Positions 31,704 to 40,496 of a stretch of 64,000 nt of DNA are shown here, one piece after another; the stretch's first letter is position 1, and the number at the start of each line of letters is the position of its first letter. A program made the translations under genes and the position numbers. The notes under the pieces were generated by a model that ran no database searches, was not told the DNA's origin, and was given only the letters and a program-made list of their open reading frames with translations. The stretch is from Prevotella sp. CAG:485 (GTDB lineage: Bacteria > Bacteroidota > Bacteroidia > Bacteroidales > Muribaculaceae): contig FR897805.1 of the NCBI GenBank assembly GCA_000437495.1, forward strand, positions 3,160 to 67,159. Direction: 5' to 3'.

Positions 31704-31746
31704 CCGGGAATGACGCAGCAGACGCCATTCCCGGTTTTGTTTTTGA
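31704..31746 (+). terminator. Rho-independent terminator of pgk.
   Basis: Hairpin CCGGGAATGACGCAGCAGACGCCATTCCCGG followed by TTTTGTTTTTG. Confidence 0.65.
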
Positions 31747-31865
31747 AGCGAGGAAAGGGTAAGTGAGGAGGAGAAAACTAAAAAAATAAAAAATAAGAGT
31801 GTAAGGGGCGAAAGCGGCTTGAGTAACACAATAAACCGGGCTGATAACCGATTTAAGAATAAAAG

Positions 31866-31913
31866 CCCGTTAAAAATGGAGCGAAAACATGTTTTATAAC
31901 ATATTTTTAACGG
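31866..31913. promoter_or_regulatory. Large perfect palindrome (12-bp arms, CCCGTTAAAAAT...ATTTTTAACGGG) enclosing the motif ACATGTTTTATAACAT. It sits about 50 bp upstream of the exbB-operon promoter and is a candidate operator.
   Basis: Read directly from the sequence. It shares the core ATGTTTTAWAACAT with 4578..4605. Confidence 0.45.
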
Positions 31914-31963
31914 GCATTAAATTTTTTTCAATTCAAAGGCATTGTAATGCGAAAGAATTTTAG

Positions 31964-31971
31964 TAACTTTG
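31964..31971 (+). promoter_or_regulatory. Candidate -7 box (TAACTTTG) for the exbB-exbD-exbD-tonB operon.
   Basis: Exact match to TAnnTTTG. It implies a 5' leader of about 190 nt before the exbB ATG at 32168. Confidence 0.45.
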
Positions 31972-32167
31972 CAATGTTAACGCACAACGGTCTGACCGAG
32001 GTTCTACAGACATACCAACCCATCTTAGCGGCGAGGTAAAATGAGCAGAACAGCGAGGTCAACGCATGGCGCTCAAAAACACACACACAATCAACGGGCG
32101 ACGAGTCCGTAAAACCGGAACTGAACAAAAAAACTAATAAACACAACAACAGTTTTTCAAATTAATT

Positions 32168-33088
32168 ATGGAAGCTCAGAATCCAAAAGCTCAGCCCCAG
32201 GCAAACGCCACCAAACCGGCAGCCCCTGCTGCTCGTCCGGCAGCTCCCGCTGCACGCCCCACTGCAAAGGGACCGGCAGCTAATCCCAAGTCAGCCATCC
32301 AGCAGGCTGAAAAAATCAGCAACATCCGCGGCATCCGCAACGCCTTTTTGGTAATTCTGGCGTGCGCCGTAGTAGCAGTATGCGTCTTCCTGTTCGTGAT
32401 GGGCGCAGACAGCAACTTTGAAGAGGGTCATCCCAAGAACCTGCTTGGCACCGTTTACAAAGGCGGCTTCATCGTTCCTATCCTGATTACCCTTCTTCTC
32501 ACGGTAATCGTGATTTCAATCGAACGTACCATCGCTATCATGTCGGCCAGCGGTCGTGGACACACCACCCGTTTCGTAGCTGACATCAAGGCTCTCCTTG
32601 CCAAGAACGACATCAAGGGTGCCATGCAGCGCTGCCGCACTCAGAAAGGTTCTGTAGCCTCCGTAGTATACAACACTCTGGTGAAGTATGAGGAGATGGA
32701 CAAGAACACCGTCCTGAGCAAAGAACAGAAACTGACCACCCTGCGTGACGCAGTAGAGGAATCAACCGCCCTCGAAATGCCGTCGCTGAGCCAGAACCTC
32801 CCCATCGTGGCTACGCTTACCACTCTCGGTACTCTGGTAGGTCTGCTCGGTACTGTAATGGGTATGATCAAATCGTTCCAGGCTCTGGCACAGAGCGGCT
32901 CGCCTGACTCCACCGAGCTGTCAACCGGTATCTCCGAGGCCCTTGTGAACACCGCCTTCGGTATCGCCACAGGTGCTTGCGCAGTTATCTCCTATAACTT
33001 CTTCACCAACAAAATCGACAACCTCACCTACGCTATAGACGAGATCGGTTTTTCAATCGTAGCAACCTTCGCTGCCACTCACAAATAA
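32168..33088 (+). CDS. exbB: MotA/TolQ/ExbB proton-channel family protein.
   Basis: 306 aa with a Pro/Ala-rich N-terminal segment and ExbB-type TM helices. It is the first gene of the TonB-system operon. Confidence 0.85.
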   Translation: MEAQNPKAQPQANATKPAAPAARPAAPAARPTAKGPAANPKSAIQQAEKISNIRGIRNAFLVILACAVVAVCVFLFVMGADSNFEEGHPKNLLGTVYKGGFIVPILITLLLTVIVISIERTIAIMSASGRGHTTRFVADIKALLAKNDIKGAMQRCRTQKGSVASVVYNTLVKYEEMDKNTVLSKEQKLTTLRDAVEESTALEMPSLSQNLPIVATLTTLGTLVGLLGTVMGMIKSFQALAQSGSPDSTELSTGISEALVNTAFGIATGACAVISYNFFTNKIDNLTYAIDEIGFSIVATFAATHK

Positions 33089-33135
33089 TTAAAGGCAGAG
33101 AAAAGCAAGTACAAACCGATTAATCCATAGATTAA

Positions 33136-33888
33136 ATGGGAAGAGTAAAAATAGCAAAAAAGAGCACGTTCATCGACATGACTGCGATGAGTGATGTTAC
33201 TGTACTGCTGCTTACCTTCTTCATGTTGACCTCTACCTTCCTTAACAAGGAGCCTGCCACCGTTATAACGCCTCCGTCAGTATCGGAGCTGAAGGTGCAG
33301 GAGACGAACTACCTGCAGGTACTCGTCAATCCGCAAGGCAAGGTATGGATAACGATGCACAACGACACATCGCAGGCATATTCCAATGAGGCGATGCGCG
33401 CCAAGCTGATAAGCCAGGCGGCCGTGCTCTACAACGAGCAGCATCCATCGAACAAGGTAAACTTCAGTCAGGAACAGATCGCAGCCTTTGCCAAACTCAA
33501 CACCTTTGGCGTGCCGATGAAGAATATGGGAGAGTTCCTGGATCTGGCCAAGGAAGGTCCCTCAGGCGTATCCAAAATGGATAAGTGGCTTGAAGGCAAA
33601 TTCCCCAACCCGAAACGCCCGGGACAAATGATGCCCACCGGCATACCCATTGAAATGCAGTCAGATAAGGAACATCTCGACGAGTTCCAGATCTGGATGA
33701 AAGCAGCCCGTATGGTAGCCAACGACGAGGGTTCACCTCTGGCCGAAAAAATCAAGGAAGGCACCGGCGTAGCCATCAAGGCTGACCAGAACACCTCTTT
33801 CGAGGTAGTACACATGGTTATGGATAACCTCCAGACCATCAATCTCAACAAGTTCACATTATTGACCGCTCTCAAAGAAGGAGAATAA
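33136..33888 (+). CDS. exbD: Biopolymer transport protein ExbD/TolR, with a long C-terminal extension.
   Basis: N-terminal ExbD TM region IDMTAMSDVTVLLLTFFMLTS. Confidence 0.8.
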   Translation: MGRVKIAKKSTFIDMTAMSDVTVLLLTFFMLTSTFLNKEPATVITPPSVSELKVQETNYLQVLVNPQGKVWITMHNDTSQAYSNEAMRAKLISQAAVLYNEQHPSNKVNFSQEQIAAFAKLNTFGVPMKNMGEFLDLAKEGPSGVSKMDKWLEGKFPNPKRPGQMMPTGIPIEMQSDKEHLDEFQIWMKAARMVANDEGSPLAEKIKEGTGVAIKADQNTSFEVVHMVMDNLQTINLNKFTLLTALKEGE

Positions 33889-33891
33889 CCG

Positions 33892-34668
33892 ATGGCAGAA
33901 GTACAACAAAATGATTCTGGCGGCAAGAAGAAAAAAGGCGCCCAGAAAAAAATGACTATCCGCGTCGACTTTACTCCTATGGTCGACATGAATATGCTTC
34001 TGATAACCTTCTTCATGCTGTGTACCACGATGATTAAGTCGCAGACTCTGAACATCAACTTGCCCAGTAACGAGAAGGTGGACAATCCGGAGCAGATGAA
34101 CCAGGCATCGGAGACTGATGCTGTAACCATCATCATCGATGCAAAGCGCAAACCGGGCACGGACGAAGTCGATTCCGTTAACCACCACGTAGTAAACGAA
34201 ATCTACTATTACTTCGGACAGGCAGGTGGCGAAGCAGGTATTGAAGGCCCCAACGGCACTATTCTGTCGCAGAACAACAATCTGCAGCTCACAGAACTTC
34301 TCAGCACCGAGACTTCGGCATCAGGCGCTAAGACCTATCGCGGAATACGTAAGATAATACGTGAACGCAATAAGCAAGTAATAGAGCAAATTGAAGCCTT
34401 AAGAGAAAAATACATACAGCAAGGCAACGGCAAGATGCGCGACCAAGACAGAGCCAAGTTTGAGGCAGAAGCCACGGCTATCCGCCGCAACGACAAGCTC
34501 ACTCGTCCGGTTATCATCATCAAGTCGACCCCGCAAGCCTCTTATGGCGCTCTTGTAAGCGTTCTTGACGAGATGCAGATCAACAACATAGCAAGGTATC
34601 AGATTGATAACATGACCCATGCTGACACGCTGTTGCTGCAGGATTACTGGCGTACTCACAGTAAATAA
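33892..34668 (+). CDS. exbD: Biopolymer transport protein ExbD/TolR, second copy.
   Basis: VDFTPMVDMNMLLITFFML. Confidence 0.8.
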   Translation: MAEVQQNDSGGKKKKGAQKKMTIRVDFTPMVDMNMLLITFFMLCTTMIKSQTLNINLPSNEKVDNPEQMNQASETDAVTIIIDAKRKPGTDEVDSVNHHVVNEIYYYFGQAGGEAGIEGPNGTILSQNNNLQLTELLSTETSASGAKTYRGIRKIIRERNKQVIEQIEALREKYIQQGNGKMRDQDRAKFEAEATAIRRNDKLTRPVIIIKSTPQASYGALVSVLDEMQINNIARYQIDNMTHADTLLLQDYWRTHSK

Positions 34669-34708
34669 TGTGATGTTGGATTAATAAACAACTTAAAAGC
34701 TTAAGAAA

Positions 34709-35566
34709 ATGGCAGATCTGACATCAAAAGAATGGCGCGACCTTGTTTTTGAAGGTAAAAACAAAGAATTCGGCGCATACCAGCTTCGCAAGGCAAGTGA
34801 CAAACGTCACAATCTTGCAGTGCTGTTTACTCTGATTGGCTTAGTAATTATCGCCCTGTTAGTATGGGGCTGGTCAACTTACTCAGCTTACCGCGCTCGC
34901 GTGGCAGCCGAAGAAGCTCTTGCAGCAGAACGTATGCAGGCAGCTCAGTTTGAGGCTGAAGCAGAGCAGGAAGAAGAGGAAGAAGAACAGAAATACGAAG
35001 AGGAGAAGAAACCTGAAATGCCTAAGGAAGAGGTTGTAGCCACTGTGCAGCAGACAGCTATCGCCATCGTGCCCCCCGATAAGGTGAAGAACGAGGTGAA
35101 AGACGTTGTTGAACAGCAGGAAAACAAAGAAACCGTAGGTACTATAAACCAGGAAGGTACCGGTGATATTGACCGTGCCAAGATTCTTACCTCAGAGGTT
35201 AAGATAGCACCCGCTCCTGTGGTAGAAGAGAAACCGCAGCCTAAGAATGAACCGGAGAAAGTGTTTGAGGCCGTAGAACAGCCGGCAGCTTTCAAGGGCA
35301 ATGTAAACAAATGGCTGTCATCTCACATCAACTACCCGCCGGCAGCAGCTGACGCCGGTGTTCAGGGCAAGGTTCTGGTTCGTTTCATCGTCAATAAGGA
35401 CGGCTCTGTTTCTGACGTAACCGTGCTTAAAGGTGTAGACCGCGACCTCGACAAAGAGGCAGTGAGAGCCGTAAGATCGATGCCGAAATGGCAGCCCGGC
35501 AAGAACAATGGTGTAGCCGTTCGCTCTTACTTCACACTCCCCGTAGTATTCCGTCTTGGTAACTAA
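34709..35566 (+). CDS. tonB: Energy transducer TonB.
   Basis: A TM anchor is followed by an acidic Glu-rich and Pro-rich linker and a C-terminal TonB domain (GKVLVRFIVNKDGSVSDVTVLKGVD). Confidence 0.8.
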   Translation: MADLTSKEWRDLVFEGKNKEFGAYQLRKASDKRHNLAVLFTLIGLVIIALLVWGWSTYSAYRARVAAEEALAAERMQAAQFEAEAEQEEEEEEQKYEEEKKPEMPKEEVVATVQQTAIAIVPPDKVKNEVKDVVEQQENKETVGTINQEGTGDIDRAKILTSEVKIAPAPVVEEKPQPKNEPEKVFEAVEQPAAFKGNVNKWLSSHINYPPAAADAGVQGKVLVRFIVNKDGSVSDVTVLKGVDRDLDKEAVRAVRSMPKWQPGKNNGVAVRSYFTLPVVFRLGN

Positions 35567-35629
35567 TCTTTGAAAGCATAGAGCTTCAGTGATGAGGCTT
35601 ATGTGAGAAAAGATTTAAGTTTGATAAAA

Positions 35630-35666
35630 AGGAGTCCGGCAAAGAGTTGCCGGACTCCTTTTTTGC
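35630..35666 (+). terminator. Rho-independent terminator of the tonB operon.
   Basis: Hairpin GGAGTCCGGCAAAGAGTTGCCGGACTCC followed by TTTTTTG. Confidence 0.65.
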
Positions 35667-35670
35667 TGAC

Positions 35671-36052
35671 GAGGCTATGTGAGGCATGGGAATTTTGGGA
35701 ATTTTGGGAGGCATGGGAGTTTTGGGAATGATGGGAATTATGGGAGCTATGGGAATAGACGACAGTTTAAGGAAGAAAAGGCTTATTGGTGAATGTGGCT
35801 GAGGCTTTAAAGGGAAGGGGGCAAGGGGCTTTAAAAGGAAGGAGGTAGAGCCTTTTTGGGGAAGGTAATAGAGGGCGTTTGAGAGCATAGAGGCTTTAGA
35901 GGATAGGAGGCAGAGACTTAAAAGAGAGGGGATAGAAGATGAAGATGTAAGGAAGGGGAAGGTTGGGTGAAGTGAGAGAGGAGGGAGGAATAGGAAGGGA
36001 GGGGTGTGGTAAAGAGGAGAGAAAAAGGGGAGGATGAAGGGGGAGGAATTTG
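35671..36052 (+). repeat. Purine-rich (G+A) low-complexity tract B.
   Basis: It begins with about 10 tandem 9-mers of the form GGGARNNNT (35671..35759), followed by degenerate GGCTTTAAAGGGAAGG-type units. The only ORF here, 35586..35888(-), is a proline-rich translation of the CT-rich strand and is judged spurious. Confidence 0.6.
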
Positions 36053-36351
36053 CGGTTATCAGAGTTTTGCATTAAATTTGCATATTATAATGCCTCAGAA
36101 AGTAGGATATAGGTTTTTTATGTTATTGTGGCAACGATAATGGTGTCGTTGCTGTCGGCTTCTTTGCAGGCAGCACCGCCTTTGCCTGGAGCAAGTGCGC
36201 TTGCGCGGTCATACGCCGATGAATATACTGATTTGCACGGTCTGCCGGCTGATGTGTTGCTGAAGAAGGGCGCCTATTATCACGATATCCGGCACAGGCT
36301 CGACTCGGCAATGGCCTGCTTCTCGATAGTGGCTATGCGCACACGCCTAAT

Positions 36352-37008
36352 ATGGGTCAGAAAGATGCTGAGGAGTGTCTGGGAGGCTACTATGGCCGCT
36401 GGCAGACGCAGTTCTTCAACACAGCCAATTTCCTCGGCTCGTTGGAGGATTTGCAGATGGCTGAGGAGATTATAAATCGCCATAATCTCTCAAAGACGCT
36501 GCTTTATTACTGTTATGGCTGTGTGTATATGACCTTGGCTGTTAGCACTGATGACGACGAATATGACCATAAATCGTCGATTATGTTGCGGGCGTCGTAT
36601 CAGCAGGCATATAAGGAGAAAGATTATCGCACAATGCACCGGGCTTTCGACAATCTTGTGTCGGTGTACAGGGTGCGTGAGAGCATTGACAGTTTAGCTC
36701 CTGAGGCGGCGATAATGTACAGGCTGAAAGAACCGGAGATGTGGCGTCGCAAAGTGTCGCTGCTGATTTATGAGGGTGCTTTGGCGCAGGAAAAAGAGGA
36801 CTATGACAAGGCGCTGGCCAAATACAATGAATTGATACAGACCATTCCGCAGGATTTGGAGAACGGCAGGTATATGGCTTCGGCATACCTCAAACGCAGT
36901 CGTGTGGAACGTTTGATGCAGAAGCCCGAAGTAGCGCTGGAAACGCTCAAAGAGGCACTACGCCTGACTTACCGGTATGAGATAGCGGATGTGCGGTCGA
37001 GCGTGTAG
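36352..37008 (+). CDS. N-terminal TPR-like fragment of a disrupted TPR/TM/AraC-type regulator. The locus is a likely pseudogene (see findings).
   Basis: It ends at a TAG at 37009 that is in frame with the next ORF. ORF 36128..36475, in a different frame, encodes a plausible further-upstream N-terminus, which suggests an additional frameshift near 36300-36350. Confidence 0.4.
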   Translation: MGQKDAEECLGGYYGRWQTQFFNTANFLGSLEDLQMAEEIINRHNLSKTLLYYCYGCVYMTLAVSTDDDEYDHKSSIMLRASYQQAYKEKDYRTMHRAFDNLVSVYRVRESIDSLAPEAAIMYRLKEPEMWRRKVSLLIYEGALAQEKEDYDKALAKYNELIQTIPQDLENGRYMASAYLKRSRVERLMQKPEVALETLKEALRLTYRYEIADVRSSV

Positions 37009-37014
37009 GCGGCC

Positions 37015-37791
37015 ATGACGGATGTGCTGCGTACTTTGGGCCGCGAACAGGAGGCCGATAAGACCAATATGCATTATATGGAGCTCAAGGACTCCATTAT
37101 GAACAGCCGCTATGTTATTAACTGCGAGCAGATAGGCTTCAACAATGAGCGCAATAAGCTTCAGCAGGCACTTGGCAAAGCCGAGAGTCAGCGCACTTTT
37201 CAGACGTGGCTTTTAGTGTTGTGTGTTATAGTGATACTGACCGTTACGGTATCTCTGCTGGCCATACGGCGCAAGAACAGGCGGCTGCGCGACCAGTCGG
37301 AGGTGCTTTACCGCCAGTTGCAGGAGAGTCTTCGACAGGAAGATGAGCGCAATGAAGCGGAAACGCCCAAACCTGAAGAGACCGGCGTGCGTTATCAGAA
37401 CTCGAACCTTGACCAGGAACAGAAACTGGCTCTTGCCGACAAGATTCGGTTGGCAAGTCGCAGCGAGGAGTTTCTCAATCCCGACTTTAACCTTACACGT
37501 CTGGCGGATATGATTGACACCTTGCCGAGGTATGTGTCACAGACTGTCAATGAAATCTTCAGGTGTAATTTCTCCACATACGTCAATCAGGTTCGCATCA
37601 GAGAGGCAATGAGGCGACTGGGCAATAACCCTAAATATGCATATTATTCCATAGAAGGCATAGCCGAGTCGGTGGTCTTCAAGAGCCGCAGCGGCTTTAC
37701 TGCATGGTTCAAACGCATAGCCGGCCTGTCGCCGTCGGAATACAGGCGCATGGCTCAGAAAGATCAGAAAGATTCCGACAAGAAGTCTTAA
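37015..37791 (+). CDS. C-terminal fragment of the same regulator, with a TM helix, a coiled-coil and an AraC-type HTH domain.
   Basis: It is in the same frame as 36352..37008, separated only by a TAG and two codons. The C-terminus (...YVNQVRIREAMRRLGNNPKYAYYSIEGIAESVVFKSRSGFTAWFKRIAGLSPSEYRR) is an AraC/XylS HTH. Confidence 0.6.
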   Translation: MTDVLRTLGREQEADKTNMHYMELKDSIMNSRYVINCEQIGFNNERNKLQQALGKAESQRTFQTWLLVLCVIVILTVTVSLLAIRRKNRRLRDQSEVLYRQLQESLRQEDERNEAETPKPEETGVRYQNSNLDQEQKLALADKIRLASRSEEFLNPDFNLTRLADMIDTLPRYVSQTVNEIFRCNFSTYVNQVRIREAMRRLGNNPKYAYYSIEGIAESVVFKSRSGFTAWFKRIAGLSPSEYRRMAQKDQKDSDKKS

Positions 37792-37842
37792 GTTCTGATA
37801 TTCAGGTAGTTACAAATATTTCAAGCGTGCTGATTCATGAAT

Positions 37843-37890
37843 TTGCACCCACATTTGGTGGAGTGATATGTGCAAATACATGAATGTGCC
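37843..37890. promoter_or_regulatory. Nested palindromes (AATTTGCAC-N21-GTGCAAAT enclosing CCACATTTGGTGG), flanked by CATGAAT(T)TGC repeats, upstream of the LRR gene.
   Basis: Read directly from the sequence. They lie about 30-70 bp upstream of the candidate -7 box at 37914. Confidence 0.4.
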
Positions 37891-37913
37891 AAGGCTTGTT
37901 GTGCGTTTGCCGA

Positions 37914-37921
37914 TAATTTTG
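37914..37921 (+). promoter_or_regulatory. Candidate -7 box (TAATTTTG) for the BspA-type LRR gene.
   Basis: Matches TAnnTTTG about 80 nt upstream of the ATG at 38002. Confidence 0.4.
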
Positions 37922-38001
37922 CAACGTAAATAATCGCCCGACAATGAATCCATCATCCAAGGGCCATCAGTACAGCGACAACAAATTCTAATACAATAAT
38001 T

Positions 38002-40129
38002 ATGAGAAAATTTCTACTCACACTCAGCCTGGTCCTTGCCATGACAACACTGGGCAAACCGGTGCAAGTCGGGAACATCTTCTATGAGATAACCGGCGCC
38101 AACACAGTGAAGGTAATGCCCGACCGCAGCAGCAGTCCTACTTCCAACAGCTACAAAGGCGACATCGAGATACCGTCGACCGTAACCATCGACGGCAAAA
38201 CCTACACCGTGAATGAAATCGGCACACGCGCCTTCAGCAGCTGCTATAACCTCACAAGCCTGAAAATGCCGAACACGATTGTCCGTATCGACAGCTCGGC
38301 CATCAATTCATGCTACAAACTGACTACTCTGGAATTGTCCGGTTCAGTACGCGTCATCGAGAATATGGGCATCAGCAGCCTTCCGTTGACCAAACTCACC
38401 CTGAACGAGGGTCTCGACTCCCTTGGCTATCAGGCCATTGCGATGCTTAACTCACTTCCCGACACCCTTAATCTGCCGGCCTCGTTGCGTGCCATGGCTC
38501 CCGGCGGTGTTGGTTTCTGCCACAAGCTGACGGCATACTCCATTCCCGAAAGTAACAAGAACTTCAAAACGGTGGATGGCGTAATCTTCAGCAAAGACGG
38601 CAAGACCCTGTGGGCCTTCCCGTGCTACATAGAGTGTCCCGATGGCTACACTCTGCCCTCAGGAGAAACCGCATTGAGTCTTACGGCATGTCGAATCTTG
38701 ACCGCCTGCACAGTTCACCTTCAGCTATACCACCTGCGACGTAGCACCTTACGCCTTCTACAGCAGCGCAAAGCTGTATAACATTGAGCGAGCCACTTCC
38801 GTACGCACCATCGGCACCGCCGGTTTCGGCAGCTGTATCCGTCTTACCAAAATTGAGTTTGGCTACAATCTGCAGCGCATAGACTCCGCAGGCCTTGCCA
38901 GCGTAGGTTCCTCGCTTATCAAAAACAGCGACGGTCTGCCCGAACACGCAGTAATCAGTCTGAGCGGCTGCCGCGCACTGAAATATATAGGCAAACGTGC
39001 ATTTACCAGCGGCTCCGTTGAACAACTGGATATTCCGGCAGCTGTAGACACCATAGAGAATGACGCCTTTGTGTTTGCCTCTTATCTGAAACGCATTGAC
39101 GTGGCCAGCGCCAACCCAAGGTTCGTTTCCATAAACGGTGTGCTTTATGACCGCGACATGACCACGTTGCTCTGTGTGCCTGCCAACTACGAGAATCAGC
39201 TGTTTGAATTCCCCAAAGGAGTTAAGCACATTGGTGCCAACGCCTTCTTCAACTGCCGCAACATGCGCGAAGTTGTGCTTCCCGACGACCTGGAAAGCAT
39301 GGGCGATGAGGCTTTCTACTACTGCGGAATCTTCCGTGTCATCTTCCCCGCAACGCTCACCCATCTTCCCATCAACTGCTTTGCCTATACAGCTCTCACA
39401 GATGTAGTTGTTCCTTCAACCGTAACAAGCATGGATGGCGGCGTATTCAGCAACTGCCAGAGCCTTGTCAGCGCTCAGCTTCCCGACGAGCTTCCATACG
39501 TGGCTCCCAGCACATTCTTCAACTGCGTAAATCTTGAAAAGGTGAATATTCCCCATGATGCTGAAGTAGTTGGCTACAACTCGTTCAATAACTGCTACAA
39601 GCTCACCAAAGTGGTTATTCCCAACAAAGTTCGCGAAATAGAATACCGTGCTTACGGCTGCAACTTCAACCCTTACAACCACGGCACTCTCGACACCCTT
39701 ATCTTAGGCAAAAGCCTGACTACCATTGGCAGCAATGCTTTTGTAGGACAGAACATGATTAACTACATCAAGAGCTACAATACAGTTCCGCCGGTAGTAG
39801 ACGAAGAAGGCGCCTGGACCTCAACCGCACACAATAAAGCCATGGTATGCGTTCCTCAGCAGTCGCTTCAGACCTATAAGAGTGCTTCTATCTGGAGCCT
39901 GTTCAAGAATTGGAGCGATTTCATCTTAGATGTAAACGGAGTTTCCGAAGATAACCTGCAATATCGCACCAGTGAAGGCGCAATTGAATTCCAGGGCGAA
40001 GGCTTAATTGAGGTCTACAGCATTTCCGGAACGTGCATCTACCGTGGCCAGGCCACTCGCTTAGAGGTGCCTGCCAAGGGTGTTTACATTATCCGCGCCG
40101 GAGGTCAGACCGCCAAGGTTATTCTGTAA
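38002..40129 (+). pseudogene. BspA-type leucine-rich-repeat surface protein with a T9SS C-terminal sorting domain. It is split by at least one frameshift near 38660-38705 (or carries a sequencing error there).
   Basis: ORF 38002..38781 carries a signal peptide and LRRs but degenerates into non-LRR sequence after about residue 225. A different frame is open from 38702 and reads continuous LRR sequence (PPAQFTFSYTTCDVAPYAFYSSAKLYNIE...) into ORF 39071..40129. That ORF has no ATG, only a GTG, and ends in a classic T9SS CTD (...KGVYIIRAGGQTAKVIL). ORF 38681..39364(-) is an antisense artefact. Confidence 0.6.
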
Positions 40130-40235
40130 AAGAGATCAATCGTTATATAGCATAAGCATTTTTTTCAGCCCTTTGGCTGAGCCCTAAGTGAATGAGGGTG
40201 CGTCGTAGGTATACGGTGCATCCTTTTTTTGCGGC

Positions 40236-40447
40236 GAAAGTTAATGAGGGAGGCCGGCAATATGGCTGACGGAAGGGGCGCTGAAGCGCTGAGCCGAAAC
40301 AAATTTTTGGCGGGAAAGGAGAGTGGAAGGCTGGGAGAGAAGGGGGCGCTGAAGCGCTGAGGCGAAACAAATTTTTGACGGGAAAGGGATTATTGGTGAG
40401 GGAAATTGGGTTGGTGTGGGTTTGAGGGAAGAGAAAGGAAGCCGCGC
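40236..40447 (+). repeat. Purine-rich (G+A) tract C, containing two copies of a roughly 46-bp direct repeat (GGGGCGCTGAAGCGCTGAGSCGAAACAAATTTTTGRCGGGAAAGGA).
   Basis: Read directly from the sequence: the copies are at 40275..40320 and 40343..40392, giving a period of 68 bp. The tract lies between the convergent LRR and M6 protease genes. Confidence 0.6.
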
Positions 40448-40496
40448 CTATTCGTTAGACGCAGCTTCGCTCAGATTATGGGAGCTATTAAGTGGC

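Noticed and set aside
35586-35888. 100-aa ORF on the minus strand (…PIAPIIPIIPKTPMPPKIPKIP…).
   Set aside because: It is a low-complexity proline-rich translation of the CT-rich complement of purine tract B. It has no start context and no domain.
38681-39364. 227-aa ORF on the minus strand.
   Set aside because: It is antisense to the continuous LRR coding sequence of the frameshifted gene.
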